In this document: positions 59,226-64,000 of the stretch, piece by piece
How the letters are laid out: each line of letters begins with the position of its first letter
Numbering within the stretch: the first letter of the stretch is position 1
Assembly (NCBI GenBank): GCA_040902065.1
Contig: JBBDXX010000009.1
Location: 89,224-153,223 of the forward strand
Reading direction: 5' to 3'
DNA from: Steroidobacteraceae bacterium
GTDB lineage: Bacteria > Pseudomonadota > Gammaproteobacteria > Steroidobacterales > Steroidobacteraceae
Length of the DNA stretch: 64,000 nucleotides
Made by a program: the position numbers and the translations under genes
The notes under the pieces: model-generated
The model's input: the letters and a program-made list of their open reading frames with translations, nothing else
What the model was told of the DNA's origin: nothing
The model's database searches: none

Positions 59226-60377
59226 ATGCCCGGAACCGGGACTGGACGCTGTTTGGCCACTCGTAAGCCAGAGCGAATCGCGATCGTCGGGCCCGTTCCG
59301 CCATTCCGTGGCGGCATTGCGCAGCACACGCTGATGCTGTCGCGCGCGCTGATGGCGCACGCCGAGGTGCGCGTTCTGTCCTTTACACGCCAGTACCCGC
59401 GTTGGCTCTATCCCGGTGCGACCGATCTCGACCCGACCGCCGAGCGACCACGCGAGCCTGAGTGCAAATTTGTGCTTGACTCACTAGACCCGCGCAGCTG
59501 GCGACGGACGGTCGCGGACATCGCCGCGTTCCGCGCCGATGCAGTAATCGTGCCCTGGTGGTCCGCTTACTGGACTTTCTGCGCCGCTTACCTGACGAGG
59601 CGGCTCGCCACGCTAGGCATCCCCTCCTGTTTCATCTGCCACAACGTTGCCGGGCACGGCGCGGCCGGCTGGTCGCGACCCTTCGTGAAGTTCGCGTTGC
59701 GTGCCGGGGCGGCCTTCGTCGTCCAGTCCGCGCAGGAGGCTTCGTTGCTGCAGCGCTGGATGCAGGACGCGCGGATTGCGGTCGCGCCGCATCCTGTCTA
59801 TTCGCAATACCCGGAGCCGGCGGCTGCGCCGCCTCGGCGCGCCGCCCTCGAATTGCTGTTCTTCGGATTCGTACGGCCCTACAAAGGACTCGAAGTCCTG
59901 CTGCAGGCGCTTGCGAGACTGAAGGAACACGATGTGTTTCTGACCATCGCCGGAGAATTCTGGGAACGTCCGGAACGATTCCGGAAGCTGATCAGCACGC
60001 TCGGTCTGGACGGTAAAGTCCAGTTGATCGACCGATACGTCGATGAAGCCGAGGTGGCGACACTCTTTTCGCGGGCCGATGCGCTCGTGATGCCCTACCT
60101 CAGCGCGACCGGCAGCGGCGTACTCGGAATCGCGTATCACTACGGCAAACCCGTCATCGCCTCGAACGTCGCAGGCCTCGCCGAATTCGTGCAGGATGGC
60201 GCGACCGGATTCCTGGTAGAAGCCGGCTCCGCCGAGCAACTGGCCGGCGCCATCGGTCGCCTGTCGTCGCCGCTCGCGGAGTCGTTGAAACCGGCGATCC
60301 GGCGGCTCGCCGGGAGTCTGACGTGGGAGGCGCTGGCGGCGATCGTGATGCAGCAAGTACGACATGTCCAGCGCTAG
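59226..60377 (+). CDS. GT4-family (GT-B fold) glycosyltransferase
   Basis: 383 aa. N-terminal IAIVGPVPPFRGGIAQH and a C-terminal retaining-GT region MPYLSATGSGVLGIAYHYGKPVIASNVAGLAEFVQDGATGFLV. Confidence 0.85.
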   Translation: MPGTGTGRCLATRKPERIAIVGPVPPFRGGIAQHTLMLSRALMAHAEVRVLSFTRQYPRWLYPGATDLDPTAERPREPECKFVLDSLDPRSWRRTVADIAAFRADAVIVPWWSAYWTFCAAYLTRRLATLGIPSCFICHNVAGHGAAGWSRPFVKFALRAGAAFVVQSAQEASLLQRWMQDARIAVAPHPVYSQYPEPAAAPPRRAALELLFFGFVRPYKGLEVLLQALARLKEHDVFLTIAGEFWERPERFRKLISTLGLDGKVQLIDRYVDEAEVATLFSRADALVMPYLSATGSGVLGIAYHYGKPVIASNVAGLAEFVQDGATGFLVEAGSAEQLAGAIGRLSSPLAESLKPAIRRLAGSLTWEALAAIVMQQVRHVQR

Positions 60378-61665
60378 CGTCAGCGAGTTCGCAGCAACCG
60401 GCCGCGCGCCCGGATTGCGAATCGTGCTGACGGGCACCTACAACTCTGCCAACAAGGGTGACGCCGCGATGGAGCTGGGCGCGCTGAATGCCATCCGCGA
60501 TTCGGCTCCCGACAGCCAGGTCACGATCCTGAGCCCCTTCCCGGGTCTGGACGCGCCGTTTTATGCACCGGTATCGGTCCGGCGCTGCAATCGCCGGAAC
60601 CTCGTTGCCGCCACGCTCGACCTGGTCCGCGCGGCCATCTGGCGTCTGCTCTTCGGGCGATCGCGGCGCCCCAATGCACTGCTGAGCGAACCGCTCCGCC
60701 TCGTAAACGACGCCGATCTCGTGATCGATCTCAGTGGCGACATGCTGACGGACGAGTACGGCCCGCACGTGGCCTATTCGCACTATGTCCCGCTGCTGCG
60801 CGCACTTGTCATGGGAAAGCCGTATTTCATTTGTGCGCAGTCGCTCGGGCCCTTTAACTGGACGCGGCCGCTCGCGCGATGGCTGTTGCGGCGAGCCGCC
60901 GAGGTGACCGTTCGCGACTCGATCAGTCGCCGGTATGTCGCTGCAATGGGTGTCAGGCGCCAAGCTCCCGAACAGACTGCTGATCTCGCCTTTCTGCTGT
61001 GCGCAGCGGCGCCGGGTCGCACGCTGGAAATCCTGCGGAGAGAGTGGGGCTTTGAACCGGCGGGCAAGCCGATTCTCGGCATTTCGGTCAGCCAGCTGAT
61101 CGAAGGAAAATACAAGGCCGCCAGGACCGATGCCGATGACGACGCCTTTGTCCGGATGATGCGGCGGGTCGTCGTACGCACGGCACGTGAATGGGGCGCG
61201 CGGGTGATCTTCGTCGCGCATGTGACGGGACCGAGCCGCATCAAGGATGACCGTGTGATTGCCGCGCGGATCGCCGACGGAATCGGCGCCGAGGTCGAAA
61301 CGAAAGTGCTGGCCGGCGACTACCGGCCGGAAGAACTGAAGGCGATCATCGCCACCTGCCGCGTTTTCTGCGGTGCGCGCATGCATGCGAACATTTCCGC
61401 GCTATCATCGGGCGTGCCGACGGTCGCGATCTCGTACAGCCACAAGACCGAAGGCATCATGAGCGACTTCGGCATGGGCGATTTCGTCGTGTCCGCCGCG
61501 ACGATTACCGAAGCTTCGCTGGGCGCCCTGCTGTCACGAGCCTTCCGCGAGCGCGAAGCCATCGCGCTGCAGTTGCGCGAGCGCGGGCCCGCGATGGCGG
61601 CGCTGGCACTGCGAAACTTCGCCGGCCTCCGGCAACTCGCGCGGCCGCACGAGGCGGAGCCATGA
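60364..61665 (+). CDS. Polysaccharide pyruvyl transferase family protein (WcaK/CsaB-like)
   Basis: 433 aa with GTYNSANKGDAAM near the N-terminus and ARMHANISALSSGVPTVAISYSHKTEG near the C-terminus. Confidence 0.8.
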   Translation: MSSASVSEFAATGRAPGLRIVLTGTYNSANKGDAAMELGALNAIRDSAPDSQVTILSPFPGLDAPFYAPVSVRRCNRRNLVAATLDLVRAAIWRLLFGRSRRPNALLSEPLRLVNDADLVIDLSGDMLTDEYGPHVAYSHYVPLLRALVMGKPYFICAQSLGPFNWTRPLARWLLRRAAEVTVRDSISRRYVAAMGVRRQAPEQTADLAFLLCAAAPGRTLEILRREWGFEPAGKPILGISVSQLIEGKYKAARTDADDDAFVRMMRRVVVRTAREWGARVIFVAHVTGPSRIKDDRVIAARIADGIGAEVETKVLAGDYRPEELKAIIATCRVFCGARMHANISALSSGVPTVAISYSHKTEGIMSDFGMGDFVVSAATITEASLGALLSRAFREREAIALQLRERGPAMAALALRNFAGLRQLARPHEAEP

Positions 61666-63488
61666 ACGTCTTGTCCGGCGTCCATGGCAAGGGTGATGGC
61701 CCCGGCCAGTCCCTTGATGCCGTCACGGACGGCGGTGCGATCATCGGAAGAGCTCGCAGCGACGGGATCGAACTCGCCTACATCGGCGTGATCACCCGGC
61801 CGCTCGATGGCTGGCCGCAGGCGGCATCGCCGATCGACGATCCTGACGCGACTGCCCGGTTCCTGCTGGGCCGCTTTCTCGAATCCGGCAAGACCTTCCT
61901 GGACCGGGTTCACGGCCAGTTTGCTCTGGTCGTCGCGGATCGTCATCGCGGAACAACCCTGCTCGCGACTGATCCTTACGGGGGACGTTCCTGGTTCGTG
62001 TCCGAGGAGGGCGGCAATGTCGCTTTCAGCAGCAACCTGCATGCGCTCGCGAAAAGCAGGGGCCGCAACCTGCAAGTCGACCGCTCGTTCGAGGATTTTT
62101 TCCTGATCCACGGCTTCTATCCGTTCGGCCGCACGCCATTTTCGGGGATCCGCGCGCTGCCCGCCGGCTCGCTTTCCGAGTGGCCGTCCAGCGATCCGTC
62201 GTCCCGATCGTCGCTCTCGGCTACGGATCCATGGAATCGCAGCGGCGAGAATGCACCGGCGCTCTCGACCGAGGCGCAGGTCATCGCCGAGCTGCACGCG
62301 TCAATATTGCGCGCTACGATCGAGTTGCTGCCTTCGCGGCCGCAGCGTGTCGCGGTTCTGCTGGGCGGGTTCGATTCGGCGCTGGTCGCGGCGCTGATCC
62401 ATCGATCGGGATTCGAAGTCGAAACCTTCTCGTTCCACTACGGCGACGCGGAATTCAATCAGCCGCACACCGACACGCTTGCCCGCCATCTTGGCATCCG
62501 GCACCACTGGGTCGAGATCGACCGTAGCCTGATCGAGGACGGCCTGCGCACGTTTGCGCAGACCTTCAACCAACCGACCAATTGGCCCAACTACGTAATC
62601 CAGACCGCGCATGTCTGTCGGCAGATCCGCGCTGCCGGCATCAGCCATTGCTACACCGGCGACGGCTGCGATTCGGTCTTTCTCGGCTATCCGGGCACGT
62701 ACCAGCGCGCCCGGCTCTTCGATGCGCTGCCGGAACTGCCCGTCTGGGTTGGCCGGACGCTCGTCGGCATGGCCGCCCGCCCCGCGCTCGAGCGGCACTT
62801 CGGGCATCCGTATCGCGTCGCGCTCAGCATGTTACGCGGACTCGGACGTCGCATGCCGGCGCGCGGCTATCTGTCCTTCCGGATCCTGGACGAGGTCTCG
62901 CTGCGACAGCTACGGACGGATTCGCCGCCGGCCATGGCAAAGGATACGGAGGCACTTATCAGCGAACTGAGCGCTCCTTTCGCCGGACTTCCACCGTTGC
63001 GACTCGCCTATCTCGGCAAAGCGGCGGTTTCGCCGAATCGCAACAAGATGATCGGCAGCGCCGACTCGTCCGGGATCACGATCCAGTCGCCGTACCTGCA
63101 CGCGGGCCTCAAGAACTTCGCCGTCCGTCTGCCCGAGGAGCTCATGCGGCCGAAGGACCGCACCCGGTCGCGAGTCACCGGCAAGTATGTCCTGATGAAG
63201 ATGGCAGAGGAGAAGGGGCTGCTGCCGCCATCGATCATCTACCAGCGCAAGATGGCGGCGGTCGATGCGCCGATCGACGAGTGGTATGCGGGACCGATGC
63301 GACCCTTGCTGCTGGACATGATGCGCGGCTTGCCGTTCAGCATCGATGTCAGTTATGCGAATCGATTGCTGGACAGGAAATTCAGCGAACAGTTATTCAA
63401 GCGTCACGTAATGGTCGACAAGGTCATTTCGCATGCGGCATCGCTGCTCGCGACTTACGCCGCATTTACCGGTATCGCCAGGGAATGA
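61662..63488 (+). CDS. Asparagine synthetase (AsnB)-like amidotransferase homolog lacking the N-terminal Cys nucleophile
   Basis: 608 aa. GATase-like segment HGQFALVVADRHRGTTLLATDPYGGRSWF, and a PP-loop region VAVLLGGFDSALVAAL (LGGFDS in place of SGGLDS). The N-terminus MNVLSGV has no Cys2. Confidence 0.8.
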   Translation: MNVLSGVHGKGDGPGQSLDAVTDGGAIIGRARSDGIELAYIGVITRPLDGWPQAASPIDDPDATARFLLGRFLESGKTFLDRVHGQFALVVADRHRGTTLLATDPYGGRSWFVSEEGGNVAFSSNLHALAKSRGRNLQVDRSFEDFFLIHGFYPFGRTPFSGIRALPAGSLSEWPSSDPSSRSSLSATDPWNRSGENAPALSTEAQVIAELHASILRATIELLPSRPQRVAVLLGGFDSALVAALIHRSGFEVETFSFHYGDAEFNQPHTDTLARHLGIRHHWVEIDRSLIEDGLRTFAQTFNQPTNWPNYVIQTAHVCRQIRAAGISHCYTGDGCDSVFLGYPGTYQRARLFDALPELPVWVGRTLVGMAARPALERHFGHPYRVALSMLRGLGRRMPARGYLSFRILDEVSLRQLRTDSPPAMAKDTEALISELSAPFAGLPPLRLAYLGKAAVSPNRNKMIGSADSSGITIQSPYLHAGLKNFAVRLPEELMRPKDRTRSRVTGKYVLMKMAEEKGLLPPSIIYQRKMAAVDAPIDEWYAGPMRPLLLDMMRGLPFSIDVSYANRLLDRKFSEQLFKRHVMVDKVISHAASLLATYAAFTGIARE

Positions 63489-63491
63489 CAT

Positions 63492-64000
63492 ATGGCCGTC
63501 CGACCAGAGCTGCTTGAGATACTCGCGGATCCCGTGAGCAAGGCGCCGCTGATTGATCGCGGGTCGGACCTGTTCAATCCTGCGGATGGCCGGAGTTTCA
63601 CCGTCGACGACGGCATCCCGGTGTTCGTGGATGCAGCGACGCTCGGCGCCGAGAAAGTCGTACTGCATGACTTCTACGAGAACTTCGGCTGGCGGCGCGG
63701 CGAAGGCGGCCTGTACAACAGTCCGGCGACTTTCGGTTTCCGGTCGCCGACGTTGGTCAGGCATCGCCAGGAGTCCAACGCGGCACAGGCCCGGTGGTTT
63801 AATCGCGGCGGCCGCTACTTCCTGGACTGCGCTTCGGGTGCGATACCGGCGGAGGAGTATCTGGAATACTCGCGCGGCTACGGATTTCATGTCTGCGTCG
63901 ACCTGACGTTGAGCGCGGTGCGCGGCGCGCGCGAAAAGCTCGGAGAACGCGGCCTCTATGTCAATGCGGATGGGACCCATCTGCCGTTCCGGGACGATGC
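63492..64000 (+). CDS. Trm112-like domain fused to a class I SAM-dependent methyltransferase (3' truncated by the window end)
   Basis: My own translation from ATG 63492: MAVRPELLEILADPVSKAPL...FTVDDGIPVFVDAA (Trm112/DUF343 pattern without Cys), then YFLDCASGAIP and VNADGTHLPFRDD (methyltransferase motifs I and post-II). The frame is open to the window end and is absent from the ORF track because no stop is reached. Confidence 0.7.
   Translation, partial: MAVRPELLEILADPVSKAPLIDRGSDLFNPADGRSFTVDDGIPVFVDAATLGAEKVVLHDFYENFGWRRGEGGLYNSPATFGFRSPTLVRHRQESNAAQARWFNRGGRYFLDCASGAIPAEEYLEYSRGYGFHVCVDLTLSAVRGAREKLGERGLYVNADGTHLPFRDD

Overview
High-GC (hand-counted ~68% in core genes) proteobacterial chromosome segment, with gene order resembling Gammaproteobacteria of the Pseudomonas/Xanthomonadales type (inference from synteny only). 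About 95% of it is conserved housekeeping DNA. (1) A complete dcw cell-division/cell-wall cluster (mraZ tail, rsmH, ftsL, ftsI, murE, murF, mraY, murD, ftsW, murG, murC, murB, ddl, ftsQ, ftsA, ftsZ), then lpxC, a DUF721 gene, an M23 peptidase, secA and a MutT-fusion gene. (2) Two divergent secreted S9 peptidases. (3) A single-strand type IV pilus block: pilS, pilR, pilA, a sulfatase-superfamily membrane gene, pilB, pilC, pilD, coaE, zapD, yacG. (4) sucCD and nadE. (5) bamD, rluD and pgeF, then a ZIP transporter and a six-gene pantothenate/CoA operon (PanG-like, panB, panC, coaC, coaB, coaX), then clpB. (6) A glycoconjugate locus running off the 3' end: two GT-C enzymes, a GtrB/ArnC-like GT2, a GT4, a pyruvyl transferase, an AsnB-like protein and a methyltransferase. 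Items most worth follow-up: an AT-richer islet downstream of pilA encoding an alkaline-phosphatase-superfamily membrane enzyme (candidate pilin modifier); a nested-palindrome repeat family (AAAGGGG[T/A]CGCA[T/A]CCCTTT units) at four gene ends, one copy overlapping the nadE start; a second palindromic repeat family (two copies, one breaking the otherwise overlap-packed mur genes); the split coaC/coaB and PanG-like gene in the pan/coa operon; and the GT-C/GT2 locus. I found no rRNA, tRNA, CRISPR, transposase, integrase or recognisable defence genes. All functional calls come from motif recognition by eye, with no database search.
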